Shown here: piece by piece, positions 46,385 through 56,809 of the stretch | Numbering within the stretch: position 1 is the stretch's first letter | Layout of the letters: every line of letters starts with the position of its first letter | From: an uncultured Gammaproteobacteria bacterium | GTDB taxonomy: Bacteria; Pseudomonadota; Gammaproteobacteria; UBA9214 | DNA: 64,000 bases | NCBI GenBank assembly: GCA_963827755.1 | Contig: CAWHCQ010000011.1 | Coordinates: 151,531 to 215,530, forward strand | Direction of reading: 5' to 3' | The notes under the pieces: model-generated | Database searches by the model: none | The model's input: only the letters and a program-made list of their open reading frames with translations | Told to the model about the DNA's origin: nothing | Position numbers and translations under genes: made by a program

Positions 46385-47743
46385 GTGGAATCGGATCACA
46401 TCAAATGCCCGCAGTGCGGTACCGAGATCGAGGTCGGCGAGGTGCTGGCCCGGCAGGTCACGGAGGCCGTCGAGGCGCGCCTGCGCGCGGAGGCCGAGGC
46501 CCGGCTGAAGCAGGCGGTCGCCGCCGCCCAAATCAAGGAGCGCGACGCCGTCTCCCTGCAGCTCAGGGACATGCAGTCGCAGCTGGCCGAGAAGGACAAG
46601 GCGGTGAAAGACGCGGAGGCGAAGGAACTCACCCTGCGGGCACAGCAGCGCGAGCTGGCCGCGCGCGAAAAGCAGCTCGAGCAGGATGTGGAAAAACGCC
46701 TTGCCGTGCGCGAGCAGGAACTCACCCGGCAAATCCGGGAACAGGCCGGCAAGGCATCCGCGAAACAACTGGAAGCGCTGCAACTGGCGATTAAGACCAA
46801 AGACAGCGCCATGGACGAGGCGCGCACCCGCGAGGTGGCGCTGCTCAAGGAAAAGGCGGCACTGGAAGAGGCGCGCAAGGACGCGGAGCTGGTCTACCAG
46901 CGCAAGCTGGCCACGGAGCGCCGGCAACTCGAGCAGCAACTGATCGAGAAATATTCAAGTGAAGCCGACCTCAAGCTGAAGGAACGCGACAAGCAGATCG
47001 AGGACCTGCGCAAGTCACTCGCCGAGGCGAAGCGCAAGAGCGAGCAGGGCTCGATGGAAACCCAGGGCGAGGCGCTGGAGCTGGACCTGGAGGCCAACCT
47101 CGGCCTGCATTTCCCGCACGACGAAATTGCCCCCGTACCCAAGGGAATCCGCGGCGCGGATGTCATCCAGACGGTGCACACCCCGGGCATGCCGGCCTGC
47201 GGCGCGATCATCTGGGAGACCAAGAACACCAAGGCCTGGAACAGCGCCTGGATCGACAAGCTGAAAGATGACCGGCGCGCGGTCGGCGCCAACCTCGCCG
47301 TGCTGGTGTCCACCGAACTGCCGGAAGGCATCAGGACTTTCGGCGAGCTCGACGGCGTCTGGGTGTCGACGGTCGCCGCTTATATCCCGCTGGCCATGGC
47401 GCTGCGCCAGCAACTGGTGCAGGTCGGCTTCGCGCGCAGCGCCTCGGAGGGCAAATCGGAAAAGATGGAACTGGTCTACGAATACCTCTCCGGCGATGCC
47501 TTTCGCCACAAGGTCGAGGCGATCGTCGAGACCTTCGTCGGCATGCAGGAGCAGCTCAACAAGGAGAAACGCGCCTACGCCCGTCTCTGGAAAGAGCGCG
47601 AAAAGCAGATCGAACGCATCGTCGAAAACACCGCCGGCATGTACGGCGACGTGCGCGGCCTGATCGGCTCCGCCGTCCCGGAGATCAAGGCCCTGACCCT
47701 CGACGCCGAAGACCTGCTGCTGGATGTAGACGACCAGGAATAA
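46385..47743 (+). CDS. DUF2130 family protein (CxxC, long coiled coil, putative nuclease-like C-terminal domain)
   Basis: IKCPQC, QGSMETQGEALE, FPHD.I..VPKG..GAD, IIWETK..W...W..KLK.D; GGAG then GTG start. Confidence 0.85.
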   Translation: MESDHIKCPQCGTEIEVGEVLARQVTEAVEARLRAEAEARLKQAVAAAQIKERDAVSLQLRDMQSQLAEKDKAVKDAEAKELTLRAQQRELAAREKQLEQDVEKRLAVREQELTRQIREQAGKASAKQLEALQLAIKTKDSAMDEARTREVALLKEKAALEEARKDAELVYQRKLATERRQLEQQLIEKYSSEADLKLKERDKQIEDLRKSLAEAKRKSEQGSMETQGEALELDLEANLGLHFPHDEIAPVPKGIRGADVIQTVHTPGMPACGAIIWETKNTKAWNSAWIDKLKDDRRAVGANLAVLVSTELPEGIRTFGELDGVWVSTVAAYIPLAMALRQQLVQVGFARSASEGKSEKMELVYEYLSGDAFRHKVEAIVETFVGMQEQLNKEKRAYARLWKEREKQIERIVENTAGMYGDVRGLIGSAVPEIKALTLDAEDLLLDVDDQE

Positions 47744-47760
47744 CCGCACCAGGCGCACCG

Positions 47761-47898
47761 TTCGCGAGCTGGCGCTCGCTCCTACACGTGACACCTTCGC
47801 GACCTGCGATCGCGCACTGTACGGATTCGCGCAGCGTTCGCGAGCTGGCGCGCCACATGCGATTTCGCGCACCTTCGCGAGCTGGCGCTCGCTCCTAC
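47761..47898. repeat. Tandem REP cluster
   Basis: TTCGCGAGCTGGCGCTCGCTCCTAC twice plus degenerate copies. Confidence 0.8.
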
Positions 47899-47955
47899 AA
47901 TGTGATCCCGTGCGATTATTTTGACCTGAACACCACGGGGTGAGACGCTCAACGC

Positions 47956-48942
47956 ATGGGTACGCTGTACAGCACCGATCGCGAAGTACTGGAGACGGCC
48001 GTCCGCTGGCTGGAGGAGGGGCGGCGTGCGGCGCTGGTGACCGTGGCGAAGACCTGGGGGTCGTCGCCGCGGCCGGCCGGCGCGCTGATGCTGATGGCGA
48101 CGGACGGGGCCTTCGTCGGCTCGGTGTCGGGCGGTTGCGTGGAGGAGGACCTGGTCTTGCGCTACCGGAACGGGCAGCTCGGCGGCGGGTTTCCGACCCT
48201 GATCGATTACGGCGTCGACCGCGCGACGGCGACCCGCCTCGGACTGCCCTGCGGCGGGCGGCTGGAGCTGCTGGTCGAACAGCTCGACAGCGCGGCCCCG
48301 CTCAGGCAGCTGCTGGACAAGATCAAATCAAATCAACTGGTGGCGCGGCGCGTCTGCCTGGGTACCGGCGAGGCCAGCCTGCACGCGGTGTCCGATGCCG
48401 CCGATGCCTTCAGCTACCGGGACGACACGCTCACCAAGGTGTTCGGCCCGCGCTGGCTGTTGCTGCTGATCGGCGACGGCCAGCTGGCCCGGTACGTCAC
48501 GCAGATCGCGCTGCTGCTGGATTACCGCGTCATCATCTGCGACCCGCGCGATACGCCGGTGGCGGAAGCGCTCCCGGACGGTGTCGAGCGGGTGCAGATG
48601 ATGCCCGACGAAGCGGTGCAGGCCTGCGTGCAGCATCCGCGCAGCGTGGTCGTGGCGCTCACCCACGATCCGAAGCTCGACGACATGGCCCTGCTCGATG
48701 CCCTCAATTCACAGGCGTTCTACGTCGGCGCGATCGGCTCGCAACTGAACAGCGAGCGGCGCCGTGAACGCCTGCAGGCCATGGGCCTCACGCCCGCGCA
48801 ACTGCAGCGCCTGCACGCCCCCGTCGGCCTGCCGCTCGGCAGTCATGCGGCACCCGAGATCGCGCTGGCCATCATGGCCGAGGTCACGCAGTTGCGAAAC
48901 ACGGCGTCGCAGGCCGCCGCGTCCGTTCCGGTGAACGCATGA
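47956..48942 (+). CDS. XdhC family molybdoenzyme accessory factor
   Basis: WGSSPRPAG, GSVSGGCVE, GLPCGG, LTHDPKLD, YVGAIGS, PEIALAI. Confidence 0.93.
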   Translation: MGTLYSTDREVLETAVRWLEEGRRAALVTVAKTWGSSPRPAGALMLMATDGAFVGSVSGGCVEEDLVLRYRNGQLGGGFPTLIDYGVDRATATRLGLPCGGRLELLVEQLDSAAPLRQLLDKIKSNQLVARRVCLGTGEASLHAVSDAADAFSYRDDTLTKVFGPRWLLLLIGDGQLARYVTQIALLLDYRVIICDPRDTPVAEALPDGVERVQMMPDEAVQACVQHPRSVVVALTHDPKLDDMALLDALNSQAFYVGAIGSQLNSERRRERLQAMGLTPAQLQRLHAPVGLPLGSHAAPEIALAIMAEVTQLRNTASQAAASVPVNA

Positions 48943-49031
48943 AGCCGTTCGCGACCGCTATCCTGCTGGCCGAAGTCACGCCGATGCGAAACACGGCATC
49001 GCACGCCGCCGCACACGTTCCCGGTGAACAC

Positions 49032-49621
49032 ATGAAGCCGTCCGCCACCGGTACTCCTGCTGGCCGCGGGGCAGGGCACGCGCTTCGGCGGCAACAAGCT
49101 GCTGCATCCGCTGGCCGACGGCACGCCGCTGGCCGTTGCCTGTGCGCGCAGGCTGCGCACGGTGCTGGCCCACTGCATTGCCGTGGTCGACGACAGCGGC
49201 AGCGAGGTCGCAGGCTTGCTCGCCGGGGCGGGCCTCGAGGTCATCAGCAATCCGCGCGCGCGCGAGGGCATGGGCACAAGCATCGCCGCGGGCGTGGCCG
49301 CAAGTGCCGATGCCGGCGGCTGGGTGATTGCCCTGGCCGACATGCCCGACATCCCTGCAAGCGTCATCCGCTCGGTGGCCGACGGGCTGGCGCGCGGCGC
49401 GGACATCATCGCACCGGTGTATCGCGGCCGGCGCGGCCACCCGGTCGGCTTTGCGCCGCGCCACGCAGCAGGCCCTGCAGGCCCTGCACGGTGATCGCGG
49501 TGCGCGCGACATCATCGACGCCCACCGCGACACCCTGGAACTGATCGAGACCGCGGACAGCGGCGTCCTCCACGACATCGACACCCCGGACGCGCTGTCC
49601 AGCCGCCCGCCAGCTCCCTGA
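49032..49621 (+). CDS. Molybdenum cofactor cytidylyltransferase MocA-like (apparent frameshifts near 49053 and 49470)
   Basis: LLAAGQGTRFGGNKLL, GMGTSI, ALADMP, GHPVGF, GDRGAR, DIDTP across frames. Confidence 0.85.
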
Positions 49622-49704
49622 TAACGCTGCAAAGACACCCGCACCACGCAGCGGCCATGGCAGCCTGCCGAATATTCAACTACCATCACGGTTGCCCCGA
49701 CACT

Positions 49705-49737
49705 CCCTCTCCCTCCGGGTGAGGGTTGGGGAGAGGG
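49705..49737. repeat. CCCTCTCCC-type palindrome
   Basis: CCCTCTCCC..GGGGAGAGGG; a partial relative lies near 32668. Confidence 0.55.
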
Positions 49738-49801
49738 AATAAAAAATCAAGGAACCTTTGATTGATGTATGACATCACGGAATTCAGATCTTGCACGACC
49801 T

Positions 49802-49871
49802 GTAGGGTGCGTTTTACGCACCATGTCTCATCGGTTTGTGCGGGTTCCCCGGTGCGTGGAACGCACCCTAC
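49802..49871. repeat. Inverted REP doublet (GTAGGGTGCG type)
   Basis: GTAGGGTGCGTTTTACGCACC ... GGTGCGTGGAACGCACCCTAC. Confidence 0.8.
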
Positions 49872-49913
49872 GAGGGCTCAGGCAATTCAAACCGGGTCAA
49901 CAGGAGGTCGGTC

Positions 49914-50375
49914 ATGCTGCACTTGAACGTCAACGGTCAGCGCCACGCGCTGGACATCGACCCCGACACGCCGCTTTTGTGGGCGCTGCGCGATCACCTG
50001 CACCTGCAGGGCACCAAGTACGGCTGCGGCATCGGCCTGTGCGGTTCCTGCACGGTGCACATCGATGAGCGCGCCGTGCGCGCCTGCCTGGTGACGGCCG
50101 GCGCCGTCAGCGGCAAGGCCATCACCACCATCGAGGGCCTCGGCGTGGACAGCGCGCCGCTGCAACTTGCCTGGGAGGCGTTCCAGGTGCCGCAGTGCGG
50201 CTACTGCCAGCCGGGCATGATCATGGCAAGCATTGCCCTGCTGCGCGACAAGCCCTCGCCCACCGATGCCGACATCGACACCGCGATTACCAACATCTGC
50301 CGCTGCGGGACCTACAACCGCGTGCGCCAGGCAATCCACGCGGCCGCGAAAAAGCAGGAGAGCAAAGATGTCTGA
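49914..50375 (+). CDS. (2Fe-2S) subunit, isoquinoline 1-oxidoreductase alpha-like
   Basis: [28 protein letters not shown]. Confidence 0.93.
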   Translation: MLHLNVNGQRHALDIDPDTPLLWALRDHLHLQGTKYGCGIGLCGSCTVHIDERAVRACLVTAGAVSGKAITTIEGLGVDSAPLQLAWEAFQVPQCGYCQPGMIMASIALLRDKPSPTDADIDTAITNICRCGTYNRVRQAIHAAAKKQESKDV

Positions 50376-52543
50376 AGCCATCAAGCTGACACGCCGCGCC
50401 TTCCTGGTGCGCGGCAGCGCGGCCGGCACCGGCCTGTTGCTGGGCTTTCACCTGCCGGCGCGGAACAAGCTGTCCGCCGCCCCCGCAACAAATGCAGACG
50501 CCGGCCAGCCGGCCGCGGTCAATGCCTGGATCGAGATCGGCGCGGACGATCAGCGTGCTGATCCGCGTCGCACGCTCCGAGATGGGGCAGGGCATCTTCA
50601 CGGCGCTGCCCATGCTGGTGGCCGAGGAACTGGACTGCGACTGGAGCAAGGTGCGCGCCGAGTACGCCTCGGCCAACGAGAACCGGCGGCGCGACAATGT
50701 CTTCCAGTCGATGAGCACCGGCGGCAGCCGCTCCATACGCGGCTCCCAGGATTACCTGCGCACGGCCGGCGCCACCGCGCGCGAACTGCTGGTCAGCGCC
50801 GCGGCCGCCCGCTGGCAGGTGCCGGTGGACGAATGCAGCGCCGCAAACAGCGTGATCACCCACGGGCCCACCGGCCGCACGCTGCGCTTCGGCGCCGTGG
50901 CCGCGGCGGCCGCGCAGCTGGAAGCGCCGGACCAGGTGTTTCTCAAGGAACCGGAGGAATGGCGGCTGCTCGGCACCCCGGTGCCGCGCCTGGACGTGCC
51001 GGACAAGATCGCGGGCAAGCCGGTGTTCGGCGCCGACGTGGAACTGCCCGGCATGCTGCACGCCGCGATCCGCGCCTGCCCCGTGTTCGGCGGCACGCTC
51101 AAACAATATGACGCGGCCAGCATCGAAAAGCGGCCCGGCGTCGTGCAAGTGGTGGCGCTGAAGGATGCCGTGGCGGTGGTGGCGAAAAGCTGGTGGCAGG
51201 CGCACCAGGCCCTGCTGGACCTGTCCGTGACCTGGGACGAGGCCGGCAACGGCGGCATCGACGACGCCGCCATCCGCGCCAGTCTCGAGGCCGGCCTCAC
51301 CGCCGCCGACGCCGTGGTCATGGCCGAAACCGGCCGACCGGACAGCGCCTTTGCAGCGCCCGCCAAAAAGATCGAGGCGACCTTTTATGCGCCCTATCTC
51401 GCCCACGCGACCATGGAACCGATGACCTGCACCGCCAACGTGCACAAGGACGGCCGGGTCGAGGTGTGGGTGCCCACCCAGAACGCCAGCGCCAGCCTGG
51501 AGACAGCCGCGCGCACCGCGGGCGTCGACCCGCTGCGGGTCGAGGTGCACAACACCCAGCTCGGCGGCGGTTTCGGCCGGCGCGGCGCCAACCAGGACTT
51601 TACCGAGCAGGCGGTGCGCATCGCCATGGCCGTCGGCCGGCCGGTCAAGCTGTTCTGGTCACGCGAGGAAGACACGCAGCATGACTTTTACCGCCCGGCC
51701 AGCATGGCGCGCTTCACGGCGGCGCTCGACAACAAGGGACGGCTCACCGCTATGCAGGCGCGCGTCAGCGCACCGTCCATCCTGACCTCGCTGGGCATGA
51801 AGCCCAATGACGGGACCGACGCGGTCGCGCTGCAGGGCATCGCCGACCATTTCTATGCCGTGCCCCATTACCGGGCGGACTATGCCCTGCGCACGCTGCA
51901 CGTGCCGGTCGGGTTCTGGCGTTCGGTGAACCATTCCCAGAACACCTATTTCCGGGAACACTTTATCGACCAGGTGGCGCGCGCGGCCGGGCAGGACCCC
52001 TATGAATTCAGGCTCGGCCTGCTTAAGGATGCACCGAAACAGCGCGCGGTGCTCAAGGCCGCCGCGGACAAGGCCGGCTGGGGCACGCCGCTGCCCGCCA
52101 ACACGCACCGCGGCATCGCCGTCGAGACGGCCTACGGCAGTCACTGCGCCCAGGTGGTGGAGGTCCGCGTCAACGCCGACGGCACGTTCAAGATGCTGCG
52201 CGTCGTCTGCGCCATCGACCCCGGGCACGTGGTCAACCCGGACACCATCGAAGCCCAGGTGGAAAGCGGCATCACCTACGGCCTGACCGCCGCCCTGTTC
52301 GGCGACATCAACATCGACAAGGGCCGCGTACAGCAGGGCAACTTCCACGACTACCCGATGCTGACCCTGGCACAAATGCCGGTAGTCGAAACCCACATCG
52401 TAGCCAGCGGCGACTTCTGGGGCGGCATGGGCGAGCCGCCGCTACCGCCGGTTGCCCCCGCACTCTGCAACGCCCTCTACGCCGCCACCGGCACCCCCAT
52501 CGACTCACTCCCCCTGAGCACCCATTCCCTGCACCCCGCCTGA
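50368..52543 (+). CDS. Molybdopterin-binding subunit, isoquinoline 1-oxidoreductase beta-like, with Tat signal (apparent frameshift near 50550)
   Basis: TRRAFL Tat motif, [28 protein letters not shown]. Confidence 0.9.
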
Positions 52544-52560
52544 CAAAAGCCACCCGTCGT

Positions 52561-52760
52561 GCAGGAGCCAGCGCCAGCTGGCGAATTATTCACGCACCCT
52601 TCGCGAACTGGCGCTCGCTCCTACATATGATCCTGCGCACCGTTCGCGAGCTGGCGCTCGCTCCTACGGGTGATCCTGCGCACCGTTCGCGAGCTGGCGC
52701 TCGCTCCTACATGTGATCCTGTGCACCATTCGCGAGCTGGCGCTCGCTCCTGCATGTGAT
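52561..52760. repeat. Tandem array of four 43-bp REP units plus one inverted REP
   Basis: TTCGCGAGCTGGCGCTCGCTCCTAC separated by near-identical linkers (..TGATCCTGCGCACCG). Confidence 0.9.
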
Positions 52761-52794
52761 CCTGGACCGATGGGGTCTGATCACATTGATTTCC

Positions 52795-52839
52795 TTGATA
52801 ATACCCAAATCGGGGCCTATAATACCCAAAATGGGTATT
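52795..52839 (+). promoter_or_regulatory. Sigma70 promoter with probable autoregulatory operator for the MNT-HEPN operon
   Basis: TTGATA-17 nt-TATAAT; ATAATACCCAAA repeated; palindrome AATACCCA-AAA-TGGGTATT. Confidence 0.7.
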
Positions 52840-52855
52840 TAATGAGAGTGCTGCC

Positions 52856-53470
52856 ATGCCATCAACCACCATCGGTGACGCCTTGTTCACCAAAACACAA
52901 CAGCGCGTGTTGAGCTTGCTGTACGGAAAACCCGACCGGAGTTTTTACACCAACGAGATCGTGCGCCGGGCTGACATGGGGCGGGGCACAATCAGTCGTG
53001 AACTCGCCCGGCTGGTTTCTGCCGGTTTGCTCGTGATCACCCGCGTGGGGAATCAACACCACTACCGGGCCAACCCCGATACTCCTGTCTATAACGAGTT
53101 GCTGGGCATCGTCAGAAAGACGTTTGGCATCGCCGATGTGATCAGGGCGGTGCTGGCGCCAGTGGATGACCAGATTGACTGGGCATTTGTTTATGGTTCT
53201 ATCGCCAAAGGTGAGGATGCCGCCAGCAGCGATATTGATTTACTGGTTGCAACGGAGTCTTTGGCCTACGCCGATTTAATGAAGGTTCTTACGCAGGCCG
53301 AGCAGTTACTTGACCGGCCAGTTAACCCATCCATCTATACACTCGAGCAGATCAAAAACAAGGTGCATGATAAAAATGCATTCTTGAGCCGGGTGATGGA
53401 ACAGCCAAAGCTGTGGGTTAAAGGAAGCAAGGATGACATTGGATGGACTGGACAATTTAGTAAAAATTAA
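52856..53470 (+). CDS. wHTH + minimal nucleotidyltransferase (MNT) antitoxin-like protein
   Basis: N-terminal HTH (ISRELARL..AGLL) and YGSIAKG....SDIDL pol-beta motif. Confidence 0.85.
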   Translation: MPSTTIGDALFTKTQQRVLSLLYGKPDRSFYTNEIVRRADMGRGTISRELARLVSAGLLVITRVGNQHHYRANPDTPVYNELLGIVRKTFGIADVIRAVLAPVDDQIDWAFVYGSIAKGEDAASSDIDLLVATESLAYADLMKVLTQAEQLLDRPVNPSIYTLEQIKNKVHDKNAFLSRVMEQPKLWVKGSKDDIGWTGQFSKN

Positions 53471-53864
53471 ACAACTAAAAGTTGAGCCACCCGATCAGAC
53501 CGAGTTTGACGGCATGGTGAACTCAGCCAGGAGTCGTCTACAGGATTCCAGGATCGAAGGGTTATCCGAGGGTGGCCGGTTTTCCCTTGCGTATAGTGCA
53601 GCCCATGCATTGGCCCTGGCAGCAATGCGCTGGCATGGGTATCGTTCAGACAAGCGCTATCTGGTATTCCAGTGTTTACAACATACGGTTGAATTGGAGC
53701 ATGCAAAATGGCGTGTGCTCGATAAATGCCATACGCAGCGTAATCTTGCTGAGTACGAGGGTCATCTGGAAATCACGCCACAGTTACTTCAAGAATTAAT
53801 TGACATAACAGAAGAGTTGTTGAAATCAGTTGAAGCCCTGGGCCCGGTAAAAAACATCTCCTGA
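53433..53864 (+). CDS. HEPN-domain protein (partner of MNT)
   Basis: Overlaps the MNT gene, helical, AYSAAH and RNLAEY motifs. Confidence 0.7.
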   Translation: MTLDGLDNLVKIKQLKVEPPDQTEFDGMVNSARSRLQDSRIEGLSEGGRFSLAYSAAHALALAAMRWHGYRSDKRYLVFQCLQHTVELEHAKWRVLDKCHTQRNLAEYEGHLEITPQLLQELIDITEELLKSVEALGPVKNIS

Positions 53865-54716
53865 TCAGGTTGCAGTCATCAGGCTTTCAACTTTCCCGCT
53901 AAAAAAACGATTACCCCAAAGTTTCAGGCTCTTCCTCTCTGCAGTGTTCAGGAAGCGTTCGACATCCTGAATGGCTTCATTCCAGTTAACTGCTGCTACT
54001 TTCTCAAGCAGAGTGCGAGTTAACCACCCGGCATCAATCTCTATAGCTTGTCCTTCCCACGGGCCATATTGATGCAGCGCAGCCTGCAGGTGTGGAAGAT
54101 TGGGCTGGATCCCTTGTTTCACGTACCAGTTAAAGTCATACCAGTCACGGCCCTTCAAATAAGGCCTGCAAAGCAAGGCATGAATCTTTAGAGAGAAATT
54201 ACTGCTTAAATCCTGGTGGCATACCTCAAAATCCAAAGGAAAGTCCAGGTAGCTGAATTCAAAGCCTGAGCCCTCTGGCGGGTCCACATCAATTTCCAGT
54301 TTGATGTTGAGTTTCTGGTCAGAGTTATCTCGATAGAAAGACAGGTTCAATTGATTGCTGACTGAATTATTTTTAAGCAAGGCCTTTTTTACACGCTGAT
54401 CCATTCGGCTTTTGTCGAGCACCTCGGATTGCAGTCCGAACTCCTTAAGCCCCTCAATCAGGTGATCAAGATAGCCACCCCATTTGAATTCCGGGTTGGG
54501 TTTCCTGAGAATGAAGTCGAGATCTTCGGAGAATCTAGGCAGCTTATGCAAAATGCGCAAGCTGGTCCCGCCTTGAAACGCAGCCACTTCAAAAAATTCC
54601 GCTCGCCACAATGAATAGAGCGCAATCTCCTGCAGTATCTCTTTGGTAGCCTGTTCCTCCTCCACCGGATTACTGGCTTTATAGCTGTCCAGTTGCTGTT
54701 GAATGAGTTCAATCAT
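53865..54716 (-). CDS. AbiEii/AbiGii family nucleotidyltransferase toxin (type IV TA)
   Basis: FQGGTSLR, RFSEDLDF, KIHALL.R, KGRDWYD. Confidence 0.92.
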   Translation of the reverse strand: MIELIQQQLDSYKASNPVEEEQATKEILQEIALYSLWRAEFFEVAAFQGGTSLRILHKLPRFSEDLDFILRKPNPEFKWGGYLDHLIEGLKEFGLQSEVLDKSRMDQRVKKALLKNNSVSNQLNLSFYRDNSDQKLNIKLEIDVDPPEGSGFEFSYLDFPLDFEVCHQDLSSNFSLKIHALLCRPYLKGRDWYDFNWYVKQGIQPNLPHLQAALHQYGPWEGQAIEIDAGWLTRTLLEKVAAVNWNEAIQDVERFLNTAERKSLKLWGNRFFSGKVESLMTAT

Positions 54717-55362
54717 TGCCTAACTCCCTGGCCAAAGACTCGAGAAACACTGTAACCCGTTTGTGCTTGTAAACCAGTTGCAAGGTTCTGATATCTGTAC
54801 GCGTTACCTGCCGCAGGTATTCGTAATCAATACGCAGGCCGTCCTGTAGCCACCCCATTCCTTTCCATTCAATCTTCCTGAGGCACACCAGGTCCATTAA
54901 TGCGCGGACAGGCCTGGCGACAAGTGCGGTTTGCTTATTGATCTGCTCACGATCAACCAGCTCAAGAAAATAACCCGCATGCGTCGCCAGTGGATGAAAG
55001 CTGAAGTTTCCAAATAACGGATATTCGTATTCATGAGACTTGCGGCCGGGTGTCACGCTTGCTGTTGTATACACCGACTCGGGGATCCAGCCATGGTGCG
55101 CCAGCGCAGTTTCAAACGACACATAGCTCCCCGGTACGAATACCTGGGCCAATGCAAAAGGGTGGGCCGTGTAATCACGGTATCGCTCAGCTAATAAATA
55201 GGTGCCCCGGCGCAGACGCAGCAACTCGCCTGCTTTTATGGCCCGGTTCACCAGACTATGCCGGCGTTGAGGGGTGCCACTGATCAGCCGGGCCAACTGC
55301 GTATCAACAATCACCCGATTTTTAAAACCCTCGTTAATCAGCTGTTCGGTTAATGTCTGCAT
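54709..55362 (-). CDS. AbiEi family antitoxin
   Basis: LRLRRGTY, SYVSFETALAHHGWIPE; overlaps the AbiEii start. Confidence 0.88.
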   Translation of the reverse strand: MQTLTEQLINEGFKNRVIVDTQLARLISGTPQRRHSLVNRAIKAGELLRLRRGTYLLAERYRDYTAHPFALAQVFVPGSYVSFETALAHHGWIPESVYTTASVTPGRKSHEYEYPLFGNFSFHPLATHAGYFLELVDREQINKQTALVARPVRALMDLVCLRKIEWKGMGWLQDGLRIDYEYLRQVTRTDIRTLQLVYKHKRVTVFLESLARELGND

Positions 55363-55656
55363 GGCGCTACGACGGTGTGGCGTTAAACAGAGTAGATAAT
55401 TACAGAAACTTCCATAAAATGAAAGTATTAAGAATTATTATACCGTGTTGTTTTTTCAACCATCTGATATATATGCTTATTAAGCAACCAGATGCCACAG
55501 GGTGCAATTGAAAAAATGATCATTTCTTACGCAGAGACACCGGCCACGCCCCACACACCAGGCAAATGCACCCTACAACTGGTGGCAGCCAGTCACGCAG
55601 GCCGGGACAAGGAGCATGGCGACGGATCCGGCGCAGGTGCCCCCGGTTCCACCCCT

Positions 55657-55950
55657 TCACGGCTGACGCCATTTTTCAGGATCCCGGGCGCAGTGCATTA
55701 CAGCGAGCACAGTAATTTGGTCGCCTTCCAATACAAAAAAGACACCATAGGGGAACCGGCGTAATAACGCCCGCTGTACCGTTCTGTAAACAATGGGGAA
55801 GCGTGCAGGATTTGCCTGTATCGATTTCAGCGTTCGTTCCATGACCGCCAGGAAATCAGAACCAAGACCGGGTACTTTCTCGTTGTACCATTTACAGGTC
55901 TCGACAAGATCCTTTTCGGCTTCCTGCCGCAGGATCATTTTGTAATTCAT
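55657..55950 (-). CDS. RelE/ParE family toxin
   Basis: AEKDL..WY...GLG.DF, RRFPYGVFF, VLAVMH..RDP..W. Confidence 0.88.
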   Translation of the reverse strand: MNYKMILRQEAEKDLVETCKWYNEKVPGLGSDFLAVMERTLKSIQANPARFPIVYRTVQRALLRRFPYGVFFVLEGDQITVLAVMHCARDPEKWRQP

Positions 55951-56168
55951 CCGTGTTTTAGAATTCTTTCCTTAACATCCTTCCAGGGTGACCCGCTGTC
56001 CGGGTCCTGGTGATAGGCGTCCAATCGCTGATCCAGCTCTGCGCGCTGGGTATCGGAAAGCTCAATAGCTTCAGGCACTTCGGCAATACTATCCCAAAGA
56101 TCTTCGACCAGGCGTAACCGCTCCGTTACCGGCATGCCAAGTAAGTCATTGACTGTGATGGGTTTCAT
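55947..56168 (-). CDS. Addiction module component (putative antitoxin)
   Basis: ERLRLVEDLWDSI, ELDQRL, SPWKDVK; 4-bp overlap with the toxin gene. Confidence 0.88.
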   Translation of the reverse strand: MKPITVNDLLGMPVTERLRLVEDLWDSIAEVPEAIELSDTQRAELDQRLDAYHQDPDSGSPWKDVKERILKHG

Positions 56169-56339
56169 AGCTTTCAACCTAGCACTCCCTGTAATACTTT
56201 TCCAGTTCAGTATCTGTCTGTTACTGCCGGATTCCGCTGCGCTCCGTTTAGCGTGAGTGGTGCGGCATATATATACGTTACTGCCAATAGCACAGGTGTC
56301 TCCCGCATCCACTCGACGCTATCGTCAGATTTCATTCTG

Positions 56340-56636
56340 TTAGATCAGGTAGCGGTCAATATCAAGTGAGCCATGGAAGATACCCAGGATATCTATGTCT
56401 CCTGACTCTTTTATAAGGTAGGTAATTCGATAATGACCGTAGAGAAGAATACGCACATTTCGGCCAGATATTGTTTGGTACTTGTGTCCGATCTCAGGGT
56501 GCTCAATTAACACCTGTGCTTTTTCGAATATAGATGATATGACTTTTTCAGCAGCATCCGGACTGTCTAGTGAAATGTACTCAAAGATATCCTGAAGCCA
56601 TTGAGCCGACTCCTCAGTCCATCTTATTTCTGCCAT
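56340..56636 (-). CDS. ParE family toxin
   Basis: WTEES..WLQDIFEYI..DSPDAA, HPEIG, HYRITY, ILGIFHG. Confidence 0.9.
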   Translation of the reverse strand: MAEIRWTEESAQWLQDIFEYISLDSPDAAEKVISSIFEKAQVLIEHPEIGHKYQTISGRNVRILLYGHYRITYLIKESGDIDILGIFHGSLDIDRYLI

Positions 56637-56809
56637 GATCGGATACGGTGCCCCATTTCCTCGTTGGAAATAGTTCTCCCTTTATCCGAGTCCGCCAGGC
56701 CTCGTTGGACCATCAAATTAAACGCCAACTCCCGCAGAATCTCATCATATGAGCTATCATCCGGTTGATTCTGAATCAGTTTTGTAAGTTCGTCTTTGAC
56801 TGTCGCCAT
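56624..56809 (-). CDS. ParD-like antitoxin
   Basis: AGGAGG SD; PDDSSYDEI, RGLADSDKGRTISNEE; overlaps parE. Confidence 0.85.
   Translation of the reverse strand: MATVKDELTKLIQNQPDDSSYDEILRELAFNLMVQRGLADSDKGRTISNEEMGHRIRSWQK

Noticed and set aside
47956-52543. xdhC-mocA-iorAB-like cluster as a novel system
   Set aside because: This is a common molybdoenzyme operon arrangement; only the substrate is unknown.
52600-52760. Regularly spaced 25-bp repeats resembling a CRISPR array
   Set aside because: The linkers are near-identical and only 18 bp, the repeat is a GTAG REP found dispersed elsewhere, and no cas genes are in the window.
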